Assembly (NCBI GenBank): GCA_963707025.1
Contig: CAVPOM010000008.1
Location: forward strand, 116,560-180,559
Source of the DNA: an uncultured Verrucomicrobiae bacterium
Lineage (GTDB): Bacteria > Verrucomicrobiota > Verrucomicrobiia > Limisphaerales > Palsa-1400
DNA: 64,000 nucleotides
Direction: 5' to 3'
Below are positions 29,501 through 39,707 of the stretch, piece after piece. The position numbers and the translations under genes are program-made. Position 1 is the first letter of the stretch, and every line of letters begins with the position of its first letter. The notes below the pieces were generated by a model. It was given only the letters and a program-made list of their open reading frames with translations. It ran no database searches and was not told where the DNA came from.

Positions 29501-32500
29501 TCATCCAACGGCAAGCAGTCCGAAGCAGATTTTGGTGAAACTCAGCTTCAGTCCTGGCACGCTGCTGTATCTCCCGGCGCTGAAGGGCGCACCGTTCCTT
29601 AAGTTTTTGGATCTGACCGAAGGTCGCCTCAGCGAGACTGTCGCGACCTTTATCCATGTGGGTCCGGAGCACTTCGTTCAATTTCTCGACCCGCCGGAAT
29701 TCAAAGCGATCGAACGGATGTCTGTTGAATCTTGGCGCGATCATCATTCTCGTCCATGCACTGCTGTTCGAAGACGAGAAACTCCTCTGAAGCAAGGGCC
29801 TCCAGCCTGGTGACCACCGAGGCAACCTTGGTGAGATCAACGTCAATGCCCGGGTCTCGCCAATCCTCGCCGGCACCGATGGCCTGCTCCAGCGCGCGTT
29901 CGACTTGGGCACGGTCGGGAAGAGGCTCTCCGGACGTGAGCGGGGCGGCGAGAAAATGTAGTTTTTCGATTTCTCGGAGGCCGGTAACCTGCCAGCGCTG
30001 AACGTTGAAGACATAAATGCCTGGCGCGAGACCCTCTGGGTGCGCAACGTGGGCGAGTCTTATTGCGACGGGCACGCAGTGGCTTAGCTGCTCGGTGCGA
30101 GTTTTCCAGGCGGCGAATCGGACGAGGGGATGGGATTGGGAAACGATCTCCTCGCCGGCGGCTGGCTTGAGGAAGCTGCGGTTGTCGAAGAGGAGGCGCC
30201 GTTTCTGGACGGTGTTGAGGCGGGTTTGGCCGATGAGATTCCTGAGCTGGAGGAAGCGATCGAACTCGAAAAGAGCATCGTTATCCAGGCAAAGGTCGAA
30301 GGAATGGTCGCGTGCGTTTACGCCTTGTAGCCCAGTGACGGGAAAGCATTTGCGGAAGAAGTCGAGCATGTAGCGCTCGATTTCTTCGGCTTTGATCCAG
30401 CGCTCCATCCGGTGGCTCGCTTCGATCTGGCGGAGGATATAATCACCGTAAGCGGCGAGGACGACGGCCTTTTCCTCGAGTTCCTCCTGGAATTTGATGC
30501 CGTAAGCGAGGGCCTGCTCGGCACGTTTGATGCATTCCTGCTGCTGCTCCGGCGACAAGCGATGAGTCAGGAGGTCGCGAGTCAGCTCGGAAAGGATTGG
30601 CCCCAAAACCGCTTCCAGATCACCCAGGGCGCGGCGGAACAGGTTCAAGCGCATGTAAAGGCGGTCGTAGATGCGTTCGTCAATAGTGTCTTCGGCGATG
30701 AGGTTGAAGATGAGGATGCGGTCAGCTTGTTGCCCAATACGGTCAAGGCGGCCGATTCGTTGTTCGACAACCATAGGGTTCCAGGGAAGGTCGTAGTTGA
30801 TGAGCACTTTCGCGAATTCAATGTCCAGCCCTTCGCTGCCGACCTCGGAGGAGAGGAGGAGGCGTGCGGTTTTGGATACGCGGAAGTCGTTAATGATTTC
30901 CTGCTTGCTCTCGGCCATCCCCCCGAGGAGGAGGATCGTCTCGATGCCCTTGGCGGCCAGCCTGCGGCGGAGGTAGTGCAGGGTGGGGCGGAAGTAGGAG
31001 AAGAGCACGACTTTCTCGGCTGGGTTTTGATCCCAGTAATCTTTGAGGGTGGAGGCGAGCATGGCGAATTTGGTATCGCATGCTTCAAGGCTGGCCGGGG
31101 TTCCAAGGTGCTGGACATTCTCGCTGATGAAGGTGACCAGGGGGTGGCTTTCATCGCTGTCGGCCGCCGCGTTGTCGAGGTCTGGATTGATCTCCATTTC
31201 TTCCTCCAAGTTGAGGGAGTGGGTGTCCCATCGGGCGCAAGCGGCAGCCATGCAACTGGCAACCTGGCGCTGGGGCATGACGAACAGGAAGCCTGCCGGT
31301 AGATCATGCTGCTCGGCATAGCGGAGTACGAGTTCAGTGACGCCGTCGTAAAATGCTCGCTCCTGATCCGTGAGTTTCACACGAACGGTGTTCACTTCAC
31401 GCTCGACACGCCTTCCAGGGATGTCGCGCTTTCTGGTGCGATTGATGGCGTGGCCGAGGAGATTGACCTTTTCAACCCGATAGGCCAGTTCAATGCGGCT
31501 TTGCGGAGTCGCCAATACGGCAGGATCTCCTTGGATTTGCTTTTGGATGCTTTCCAGGACGCGGCTGTCTTTGAGGAAGGGGTTGAGCGCAGCCTCAGTG
31601 AACTTCTGGCGAATATCCTCAAGCTTACCGGCCGGGTTCAGGAGGAGGTCGCGCAGGCAGACTAAAGGCGCGTTTGCCTCAAGAATGCTGCGGAAGGCGT
31701 AGGGGTTATTAAATGTGTCAGGATCCAGGAGGCGCAGCAGGTTGTAGAGATTTTCGTTGCTGGTATGGATGGGTGTGGCGGAGAGAAAGACACGATGGCT
31801 GGCGGCAGCGGTGGCGAGTTCGCCAAGCTCGGCGGTGCGGTTCTCCCTGTTCCGCATGTAGTGGGCTTCGTCAATGACGACGAGATCAATGGGGGTTGAA
31901 TTCGCAGACAGTTCTGATAGGAGATGGGCAACGGCGATGCGGGGGTTCTTGTCCGGGGCTTCCTCTTGCCAATTGGATGGGGGGCGGAGGCCGTGGAACG
32001 AGGCAACAATCGCAAAGGAGTGGTTGGGGTCCTGGCGCAACTGGCGGAGGTGGCCGAGGACTTCTTTCGCGCCACAGATTTCGGCTTTGACGCCGAAACG
32101 GTTCTTGAGACTCCATGACCCACTTTTCGCGGAGATGCGGTGGGCAAATGACCAGCAAGTTTCTGGCGCCAGACCGGGCGCGCAATTCAGTCCAGATGAG
32201 TCCAGCTTCAATCGTTTTGCCGAGGCCAACTTCGTCGGCGATAAGAAGGCTGTTGGTGGGGGATTCGAGAAGCTTTAAAACCGGCTTGAACTGGTAGGGA
32301 AGGAACTCGGTCTGGGAAGTCTCCATCGAGTAGATGACGTTGGCGAGGCGGCCGGTGAGCTTTTCATGGGTGAGGATGCGCTGAAAGCTGGCGAGCCCCT
32401 GGATGCGGCCATTCACAAGGTCATCGAGAGGATCTGCGTGGGTTGGTTGGCGCTCCAGGTTGGCCGCCCGGTGCCAAGTTGCCACATGGCTGCCATCGAA

Positions 32501-32626
32501 GAGAACTCTGACCATTAAGATGCCGTTGACGTCCCTGCGAAAGCGCTCGGCAGAAATCACGCCGGCGCGCTCCGGGTTGCCGATCAGCCGGACACGAATG
32601 TTTGATTGGATTTCGCGCTCTTCCAT
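29501..32626 (-). CDS. SNF2/RapA-like helicase, about 1040 aa (frameshifts near 32111, 29713, 29531)
   Basis: [51 protein letters not shown]; restored C-terminus [15 protein letters not shown] at 29501. Confidence 0.88.
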
Positions 32627-33519
32627 GGGGCGGCTAGATGCTCACATTTGGTAAGTTTGCTCCTGGAAGTGCGTGCAACGTCTCCTCGGCTTGCCGGTTC
32701 GTAGTTTGGGTGTACCGGCGGTCTGGTCTCGGACGAGACGCGTTCCGAGTGGTGGTGCTGTTCGTTGCACCGAGTAACGGCACAGGGATGTCAGCAGATC
32801 ACTCATACTGCGCACCCCAGTAAGGCGACACCATTTGTGCCGAACCAGTTGTTGTCCAGTTGGCAGAACATTCGCGGCTATTCTATCACTGTGCGCCTGT
32901 TTGCACGAGCAAGGATTTTTGAGCGGTTCCCCCAGATGGGCAGATTGCATTGGTGAGCGCGGTCGGGGCCTGTTCCGGTGTCTGGCCGTCCAAGTCGTTG
33001 ATCCCCAGTCTTTCAACTGCCCTGCCATCGCCAGGCTGCTGAATGTCGCGAATAAATCTCCCGGTGGTTGAATGGCCACCCAGTAATTCAGCAGGTGCTC
33101 ACGCCTGGAACAAGGCACCGCGACGGCCTTTCTAACGCCTGCCAGTACCACGGCCATGACGAGGAAAGCGTTCAGACCGTTTTTCCATCGGCGCAGGCGG
33201 CGGTAGAAGGAAATCCAGCGCATTGGATAAAATCCAACGGGTTGGATATGAGTTTACGGATGTTACGGCCTCCGCATAATCGCCACGATGAAAGAGAAAT
33301 CAAGTTTCGGCGCGGGGCACGCATTGGCTAATCAACAGGCACCCGGCCTCATCGAGAACCAACCGCATCGCCTGGGTGAAACGCACCTGTTGGCGGAATT
33401 GCGCGGAGGCAAAAATTGCTGGGGATTGGTGGCCGTTCAGGCTTGCGCCGCAGGTCGGCGATTAACGCGAGATGTTGAGGTTGGTCCATTGTCTCCATTT
33501 CAATAAATTAAATTCAACC

Positions 33520-34143
33520 ATGTCCAATCCAACACTTGGAATAACCCTGGCAGCTCCCACAATTGCGGTTTCTGCCACCGCTGTGGGATCCGAATACATT
33601 CGGCTTCCGCGCCCTGGCGAGCACGACCCGTTCTTCGGCCTCACGCGCTCATATCTGAATCTTCTCATTTTGCCCTCAAGAGAGAACGACTTCCGGCCTC
33701 CAGTGCGCAGCAGCGTGTTGCGACAAGGGAACGCGAGGACGGGCGTGCGCTTGGTGAATGTGGCCAGCTTGCGAGCGCATCTAAAAAATCAAATGCAAGC
33801 CGCAGATGAGCAATCCTCAGTTGCACCAGTTGGCGAAGAGGCCTCGGACCAGCCACCACCCATTTCGAACGTGGAATTCTTGCGCGTCCCCAAGCCGAAA
33901 GCGCGGGACCCGCTCTTCGGTCTTTCACGCTCGTTTTTAAACCAATTGATTTTGCCCTGTGAGGAAAACGGACATCGCCCGCCTGTGCGCAGCCATGTGC
34001 TTCGAAGAAGGGGTTATCGCACTGGAATCCGGCTCATAAGCGTGGACAGTCTGCGGGATCACATCAGGGCGCACGAGGATCCCAGCGCAAGCCCTCCAGA
34101 TTCAACGGCGACCACACATGGCACTGGGCAAGGCGATATTTAA
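33520..34143 (+). CDS. Protein with two tandem excisionase/AlpA-like DNA-binding repeats
   Basis: EYIRLPRPGEHDPFFGLTRSYLNLLILP...VRLVNVASLRAHL repeated as EFLRVPKPKARDPLFGLSRSFLNQLILP...IRLISVDSLRDHI. Confidence 0.6.
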   Translation: MSNPTLGITLAAPTIAVSATAVGSEYIRLPRPGEHDPFFGLTRSYLNLLILPSRENDFRPPVRSSVLRQGNARTGVRLVNVASLRAHLKNQMQAADEQSSVAPVGEEASDQPPPISNVEFLRVPKPKARDPLFGLSRSFLNQLILPCEENGHRPPVRSHVLRRRGYRTGIRLISVDSLRDHIRAHEDPSASPPDSTATTHGTGQGDI

Positions 34144-34760
34144 CTTCCCAGATCCTCAGCGAGATCCTTCAACACGCGTTTCGCGAGCACCCGGACCTGC
34201 CTGCTGTGGTCTCTAACTCTGTGATACGGCACATGGTCCGCCCAAAAGAATGACTTTTCCCACTCATCAATGTCTGGAAGCAACTTTGGCGGGGCCTTCC
34301 TGTGAAGCCGCAGAAAAAACTCCCTTTTGAGGTCCACCAGGCTGGCATCCGCATCGGGCTCAGTCCCGGCTACGAGCACAACGGTGGTTTGCTCTTCTTC
34401 GCCGTCCCAGGTGCGATGAATCAACTCATGGATAAAGAGCAGCTCGCGGTTTCGCCAAGTTCCTTCTATCACGGAATTGGTGGCCGATCTGATGTAATGC
34501 AGGAAGGCGCTTTTTGTTCGCACATGTTCCATCTTTGGCCGGCGGCCGGAATTGCCATTCCGGGTCCCGCGAATAAGTGAGAGCAATGCCTTTTGGACCG
34601 CATCCTCCCCTGAAAACCGGCTGCGGGGGAGCCAACCCAGCCGGCGTTCGGCAAATTCGGCCAATCGATTTAGATCCGCGGCTGTGAGCTGGTGCAACTG
34701 TTCAATTGTGAGCGCTCGAATTTGACCAAGGCGCGCTGCCTTTTTCGACGGCGTTTCCAT
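34140..34760 (-). CDS. ECF sigma-70-like protein (divergent)
   Basis: LNRLAEFAERRL...GEDAVQKALLSL...FLHYIRSA resembles sigma region 2; C-terminal helical region. Confidence 0.45.
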   Translation of the reverse strand: METPSKKAARLGQIRALTIEQLHQLTAADLNRLAEFAERRLGWLPRSRFSGEDAVQKALLSLIRGTRNGNSGRRPKMEHVRTKSAFLHYIRSATNSVIEGTWRNRELLFIHELIHRTWDGEEEQTTVVLVAGTEPDADASLVDLKREFFLRLHRKAPPKLLPDIDEWEKSFFWADHVPYHRVRDHSRQVRVLAKRVLKDLAEDLGS

Positions 34761-34901
34761 GATCTTTCGTTTGGCGCAGATTTCTCTGGCCAAACAAGCG
34801 CCGGCTGACCGGGAGACTTCCGTTGGGGGCGGATGAAGAGCGTGAAGGGCGGCCAGGCGCGATCCGGAGCCTCGCTGACTGCCTTCGCCGGGTGAAGGGA
34901 T

Positions 34902-35968
34902 TTACTTTGCGGCTCGAACTTGCTGGGTTTCCACATCCACCTCCTGCGGCAAGAGAATCACCTTGCCGCCGCCATTCTGGTAAGCCACTTCATAATCCTC
35001 CAATGCCGGAATTTTCACCTTCGCCTTTTTCGCATAGGCGCGGGCCACCGCCTTGGAACCGTGTCCCAGCCCGGATTGCGCGTGCCGTTCGGGATAGCCA
35101 CAGGTGGCGGCGCGTTCCGCCCATCCGTAACGATAGCTGTGCAGCGTGACCCCCTCGATGCCCAGCCCACGGCAGCGCTGCTTGAATTCGGTGGCGCGGT
35201 ATTTTTCACGGATCGTGATCAGATACGGGAAAAGCGGACCCAACTTCGGCCGCCTCGCCAGAACGGCTGCCGTTTTATCCCGAAGCGCTGGAGCGCGTCC
35301 CTGCCGTTTTTCTTCCGGCGATAAAACACCGTGCGGTCCTTCCAGTTTACATCCTCGGCATGCAGCGATGCAACATCCGTCTGGGAGCCTCCCAAAAACC
35401 ACAGCAACTCGTAATAATCGCGCCGCTCCGGGTTCTTCTCGCGCGCGATGATCTGCTGGTGTTCCCCCAGCGTGATGCCGCGCTTTTCGCCGTACACGAC
35501 CTTGGGCCATTGCTTCCTGGCCAGAATGCCCCAGGCCAGCCAGTTCATGGCCAGGGCATGGTTGTGCAGCCGCCGCAGGAACACATTGGTCAATACCGTG
35601 CCATGCTTGAGCATCTTTAACAGATGATCGGCCCGTGTTTGCACTACCGGGAGATTCCAAAGAGCGGCCAGGGCCTTGTCCTTTTCCGTGTTCTCCCAGC
35701 GTGTCCGGGTGGGCCCGGTTTTCTCCTCGATGATGGAGCGGATAACGTCGCGCCAGGTTCGTTCTGGCATGAGGGGATCGGATGCCACCATGTAAGCTCG
35801 GGCGATTTGCAGATTGAGAGTTCCCATCTGCCCGGCTTCATTTTTCGCGTGCAGGATGCGCCCGGCATCAACTTTGTCACAGGTGTGCAGGCTCTCCTGC
35901 TTCCCCGTGGCATTGTCTTGACAGTAGTAAACCTTCTTCCGCCGATAAAGTCGAAAGCTGTGCTTCAT
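34902..35968 (-). CDS. int: Tyrosine recombinase/integrase (frameshift near 35280)
   Basis: VTLHSYRY (HxxR), LGHGSKAVARAY (H, Y); N-terminal arm-binding-like YYCQDNATGKQESL; adjacent to tRNA-Cys. Confidence 0.88.
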
Positions 35969-36088
35969 GACCGGCTCCAGTCGGGAAGAAGTTTAGAGCA
36001 GACGAAAACAGCACCGTTATGAAGTTCAAGGCTAGTTCTATGGTAGTACGAGCATAGTTCGAGCCAGTTTGAGGCGACTGCGTCATTT

Positions 36089-36108
36089 TGCTGGCATTTC
36101 TGCTGGCA
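36089..36108. repeat. Direct repeat TGCTGGCA x2, candidate integrase arm-type sites
   Basis: TGCTGGCA at 36089-36096 and 36101-36108, between the integrase start and the tRNA 3' end. Confidence 0.5.
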
Positions 36109-36156
36109 CTTTATTTTTTTAAAGTTACAACTGATTGCAGCAGAGCATGTTAAAGA

Positions 36157-36231
36157 TGGAGGCGGGGGTCGGAATTGAACCGACGCATACAGCTTTTGCA
36201 GAGCCGTGCCTTACCACTTGGCTACCCCGCC
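36157..36231 (-). tRNA. tRNA-Cys(GCA)
   Basis: GGCGGGGTAGCCAAGTGGTAAGGCACGGCTCTGCAAAAGCTGTATGCGTCGGTTCAATTCCGACCCCCGCCTCCA; cloverleaf, anticodon GCA, encoded CCA. Confidence 0.97.
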
Positions 36232-36298
36232 CCATTCCGAAAAATCGTACCGCTTTATCACGCGCACGCAAGCTAACTTTTGCGCCGCTGCCACCACC

Positions 36299-37642
36299 CT
36301 ATCCGGCCTGACGGATCCATTTCTTCCAGATCAGGGCGAAGGAGGGAGCGAAGTCGCGCGGAGTTCGGGCCAGCCAATGGTTGACTTGGGCAGAGGTGAA
36401 CCAGGCGCCGCGCTCGATTTCTTCGGGGTGCAGGGTGAAGGGGCCTTCTGACTCGCCCCGATAGACCCGGATAAATTCCTGGCCGGTTTCGGCGCAGGCG
36501 GCGATTTTGAATAACGGCCGGAGGGGAACGGGGGCGCTCCAACCCAGTTCTTCGCGCAGTTCGCGCACGGCGCCGGCGGCGTAGTCCTCGCCGCTGCCCA
36601 GATGGCCGGAGGCGGAGGAATCCCAGGCGCCAGGAAAAGTGTCCTTGGTCATCGAGCGCTTTTGCAGAAAGATCCGGCCGCGGCCATCAAAGACCAGGAC
36701 GTGGACGGCCCGGTGTTTGTGGCCGTCGCGATGGACCAGGCGGCGCGGGAGCTGGCCGATGACCTCATCCTGGCCGTTGACAATGTCAAAAATTTCCTCG
36801 GGCATGGGTGAATCAGTTTGGGGGCGGCCCAGGATTTCGACCAGGCGGACGAATTGTTCGAGGGTGACGGCCTCGGCGCGGATTTGCGGGGAGAGGGCCA
36901 GTTGGCCGAAAGCCTGGGCCAGCCGGGCCTCGGGCCAGTCTTGTTTGAGGAGTTTGAACATCATTTTTCGCCGCTGGGAGAAAGCGCGCTTGACCAGGGC
37001 GGCAAACCGGGCCTGCCCTTCGGGCGCCAGCAAGGCAACGGGCCGCCGAATGAGGGTGACGCAGGCGCTGTCAACCTCCGGCTCCGGGAAGAAACAGGAG
37101 GGTGGGATTTTGAACCAGCCGGCGCATTGGCAGGGCAGTTGCAGCAGGAGGCCAAGAATTCCATAGTGCTTGCTGCCGGCCCCGGCGGCGATGCGCCGGG
37201 CCACTTCGATTTGCAGGGTGGCCACCATCCGCTCCGGCGGGTTTTCGGCCCGGGCCAACTCCACCAGCATGGCGGAACCGGCCGAGTAGGGCAAATTGGA
37301 GACCAGCTTCCAGCCGCTCCAGGAGCGGTGGGTTTTCAGGTAGCCCAGGGCATCGTCGTGGAGCAGTTGCAAATGGGTGTGGCCCGCGAATTTTTGTTGC
37401 AGGAAATCGAAGAGGCGCCGGTCTTTCTCGATGGCCAGCACTTGGGCGCCGCACTCCAGCAGCCCCTGGGTCAGCGGACCGAGGCCGGGGCCGATTTCCA
37501 GAATCTTGTCCTGCGGCCCGGCCTGCGCGGCGGCCAGAATGCGGCGGACCTGGTTCTGGTCGTGCAAAAAATTCTGGCCGAGCGATTTGGACAATGACAA
37601 AGCGCGTTCCGAGAGGATTTTCCGGATGTCGCTCAGGGTCAT
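36299..37642 (-). CDS. rsmA: 16S rRNA dimethyltransferase RsmA/KsgA fused to a C-terminal NUDIX (IDI-like) hydrolase
   Basis: KSLGQNFL, EIGPGLG, SNLPY, FFPEPEVDS; then HRAVHV, GHLGSGEDYAAGAVRELREELG Nudix box. Confidence 0.92.
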   Translation of the reverse strand: MTLSDIRKILSERALSLSKSLGQNFLHDQNQVRRILAAAQAGPQDKILEIGPGLGPLTQGLLECGAQVLAIEKDRRLFDFLQQKFAGHTHLQLLHDDALGYLKTHRSWSGWKLVSNLPYSAGSAMLVELARAENPPERMVATLQIEVARRIAAGAGSKHYGILGLLLQLPCQCAGWFKIPPSCFFPEPEVDSACVTLIRRPVALLAPEGQARFAALVKRAFSQRRKMMFKLLKQDWPEARLAQAFGQLALSPQIRAEAVTLEQFVRLVEILGRPQTDSPMPEEIFDIVNGQDEVIGQLPRRLVHRDGHKHRAVHVLVFDGRGRIFLQKRSMTKDTFPGAWDSSASGHLGSGEDYAAGAVRELREELGWSAPVPLRPLFKIAACAETGQEFIRVYRGESEGPFTLHPEEIERGAWFTSAQVNHWLARTPRDFAPSFALIWKKWIRQAG

Positions 37643-38958
37643 CTGGCGGGCAGATTTTTGAGGGCCTGGCCGAAGACGCGCGCCGTGGCGGCCAGTTGGG
37701 CGCGGGTGATGGTCAGGGGCGGGGTGAAACTGATTGTATTTGACGCTTCTCCTTCCGGCAGGACGATGAAGCCGACGCGCAACATGTCCCGCAGCACGCC
37801 CAGGGCCGCGGCGGAGGAGGGCGCGCCGTCCGGCTGGCGGATTTCCACGCCAGCCATGAGGCCCAGGCCGCGAATTTCAAACTGATATGCCGACGGCGGA
37901 ATGCGGACGCGCAGTTCTTGCAGGAAGAATTGGCCGAGGGCGGCGCTGCGCTCCGCCAGGCGGCGTGTTTGAATCTCCTGGATTTGCGCCAGGGCCATGG
38001 CGCAGCCGACCGGATGGCCGAGGAAGGTGCTGGTATGGATGGCTTCGCCGGTGGAGCGCGGCCAGGCGGCGTCCATCAGATCGGCACGCCCGACGCAAGC
38101 GGAGAGGGGAAATCCGCCGGTCAGGGCCTTGCCCAGGCAAATCACATCCGGCACAACGCCGCCGTGCTCGCAGGCGAACCATTTGCCGGTGCGCCCAAAG
38201 CCGGTGTAAATCTCGTCCAGTATTAGCAACGCGCCAAACTGGTCGCACAGATCGCGCAGGAGCGGGACAAAGCCGGCGGGCGGAACGTTGATGCCGCCCC
38301 GGGCCTGGACCGGCTCGGCCAGAATCGCGCCGAAGGAATTGCCTCTGTGCAATTTTCGAATCGCGCCCGCAAGCGCGGGCAGAGCGGAGTCGTTTTTCGG
38401 AAACGGGGCGAAGGCGGCGAATTTGGCCAATTGCGCCCGGAAGGGAGCGCGGAAATGGGCGCGATGGGTCGCGTTGAGCGCGCCGTAACCCAGTCCATGA
38501 TACGCGCCGGTGAAGGCGAGAATCCGGGGCCTGCCGGTGGCGAGCAGCGCCGTTTTGAGGGCCGCTTCCACCGCTTCAAAACCGGAATTGGTGAAAATGG
38601 TTTTGCCGGTGAGACGCCGCTCCTCGGTCCAGGCCGCGGTCCAGCGTTCGAAGGTGATGCGGCTGAGTTGGCGGGCCAGTTCGGCTTTGCGGGCGTGCGG
38701 GTAAACGTCGCCCATGGCATGCAGGAGAACGCCCATCTGCCGCCGCGCCGCCGCCACCACGCGCCCATTGGCGTGGCCCGCCGCCGCCACGCCGAACGCC
38801 GCCGTCAAGTCGAGATATTTTTTGCCGGCCGCGTCCCAAACATGGACTCCGCCGGCCCGCTCCCACACGGCCGGCGCGGAAAGGTCCGGGGCGATGGCCA
38901 GGATGTTGGGCGATTCGTAGTCGCGCAGCAGCCCCAGGATTTTTTGCGTGCGGTTCAT
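37639..38958 (-). CDS. Class III PLP aminotransferase (GabT/ArgD-like)
   Basis: NSGFEAVEAALK, AYHG, EPVQARGG, DEIYTGFGRTG, LGKALTGG, HTSTFLGHP. Confidence 0.9.
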   Translation of the reverse strand: MNRTQKILGLLRDYESPNILAIAPDLSAPAVWERAGGVHVWDAAGKKYLDLTAAFGVAAAGHANGRVVAAARRQMGVLLHAMGDVYPHARKAELARQLSRITFERWTAAWTEERRLTGKTIFTNSGFEAVEAALKTALLATGRPRILAFTGAYHGLGYGALNATHRAHFRAPFRAQLAKFAAFAPFPKNDSALPALAGAIRKLHRGNSFGAILAEPVQARGGINVPPAGFVPLLRDLCDQFGALLILDEIYTGFGRTGKWFACEHGGVVPDVICLGKALTGGFPLSACVGRADLMDAAWPRSTGEAIHTSTFLGHPVGCAMALAQIQEIQTRRLAERSAALGQFFLQELRVRIPPSAYQFEIRGLGLMAGVEIRQPDGAPSSAAALGVLRDMLRVGFIVLPEGEASNTISFTPPLTITRAQLAATARVFGQALKNLPAR

Positions 38959-38959
38959 G

Positions 38960-39694
38960 TCAGACTCCGCGCTGGTCCGGGGGCCAGATGAATTTGTGCA
39001 TTTGCAGTTGAAAGCGGACGGGCAGGGCGTCGGCGATGATTTTTTCGACGAGTTGGCGCCGGGTGATGGCGGTTTGGCCGGGCGGGACTTTTTTCAGGGA
39101 TTTGTCCTGCTGGTGCGGCTGGAGGGGCGACACCCAGGAAAAAAGGACGGGACAGATTTTGGCGAGCTGGCGGGCGGCCAGTTGTTCCCTGGCCCAGTCA
39201 TAATCCTGCGCGGTGCCGATGACGAATTTGATTTCGTCGGTGGGCTTGAGGAGCGGCAGGTTCTGCCAGCGGTTGCGCTTCAGTTCGCCGCTGCCGGGGC
39301 ATTTCAAGTCCATGATGCGATGAACGCGGGGGTCCACCGGGGCGATGTCCAGCGCGCCGCTGGTTTCCAGAAGCACGGTGTAGCCCGCGTCGCACAGGGA
39401 CTTCATCAAGGGGAGCGAGTTTTTTTGCAGGAGCGGTTCGCCGCCGGTCAGTTCGACCAGGGGAAGGCGGGAATGGAGCATGGCGACGGGAGCCTGGTGA
39501 AAAGGCGCGGCCAGTCCGGCGACGCGGGCGGTGATTTCGGCCAGGGTCATTTTGCGGCCCTGGGTGAAGGCGTAGGCGGTGTCGCAATAAGAGCAGCGCA
39601 AATTGCAGGCCGTCAGCCGGATAAAAATGCAGGGCAGCCCGGCAAAAGTGCTTTCCCCTTGCAGGCTCAAATAAATTTCGTTGATGGTCAACAC
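38960..39694 (-). CDS. queE: 7-carboxy-7-deazaguanine synthase (radical SAM)
   Basis: INEIYLSLQGES, CNLRCSYCDT, TGGEPLLQ, QLQMHKFIW; GTG start 39694. Confidence 0.9.
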   Translation of the reverse strand: MLTINEIYLSLQGESTFAGLPCIFIRLTACNLRCSYCDTAYAFTQGRKMTLAEITARVAGLAAPFHQAPVAMLHSRLPLVELTGGEPLLQKNSLPLMKSLCDAGYTVLLETSGALDIAPVDPRVHRIMDLKCPGSGELKRNRWQNLPLLKPTDEIKFVIGTAQDYDWAREQLAARQLAKICPVLFSWVSPLQPHQQDKSLKKVPPGQTAITRRQLVEKIIADALPVRFQLQMHKFIWPPDQRGV

Positions 39695-39707
39695 TATGGA
39701 AATAATC

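Larger units (their letters stand above)
1..36156. mobile_element. Genomic defence island integrated at the 3' end of tRNA-Cys; left boundary outside window
   Basis: Tyrosine integrase lies directly downstream of the tRNA-Cys CCA end; dense defence genes; visibly lower GC than the housekeeping block after 36.3 kb; no att duplicate seen inside the window. Confidence 0.85.

Noticed and set aside
27918..30047. 709-aa ORF as a single protein
   Set aside because: Its first ~190 aa are out-of-frame text plus the helicase C-terminus joined by indels; an RBS and ATG at 29480 define the real start.
20845..32626. DISARM, BREX or Zorya call
   Set aside because: No DrmA/DrmB (DUF1998), PglZ/BrxC or ZorA/ZorB (MotA/OmpA-like) genes seen in the window.
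38960..39694. queE as part of a Dpd (7-deazaguanine DNA modification) system with the adjacent RM genes
   Set aside because: No dpdA/tgt-like, queC, queD or folE genes nearby; queE has core-like composition and overlaps into a housekeeping operon.
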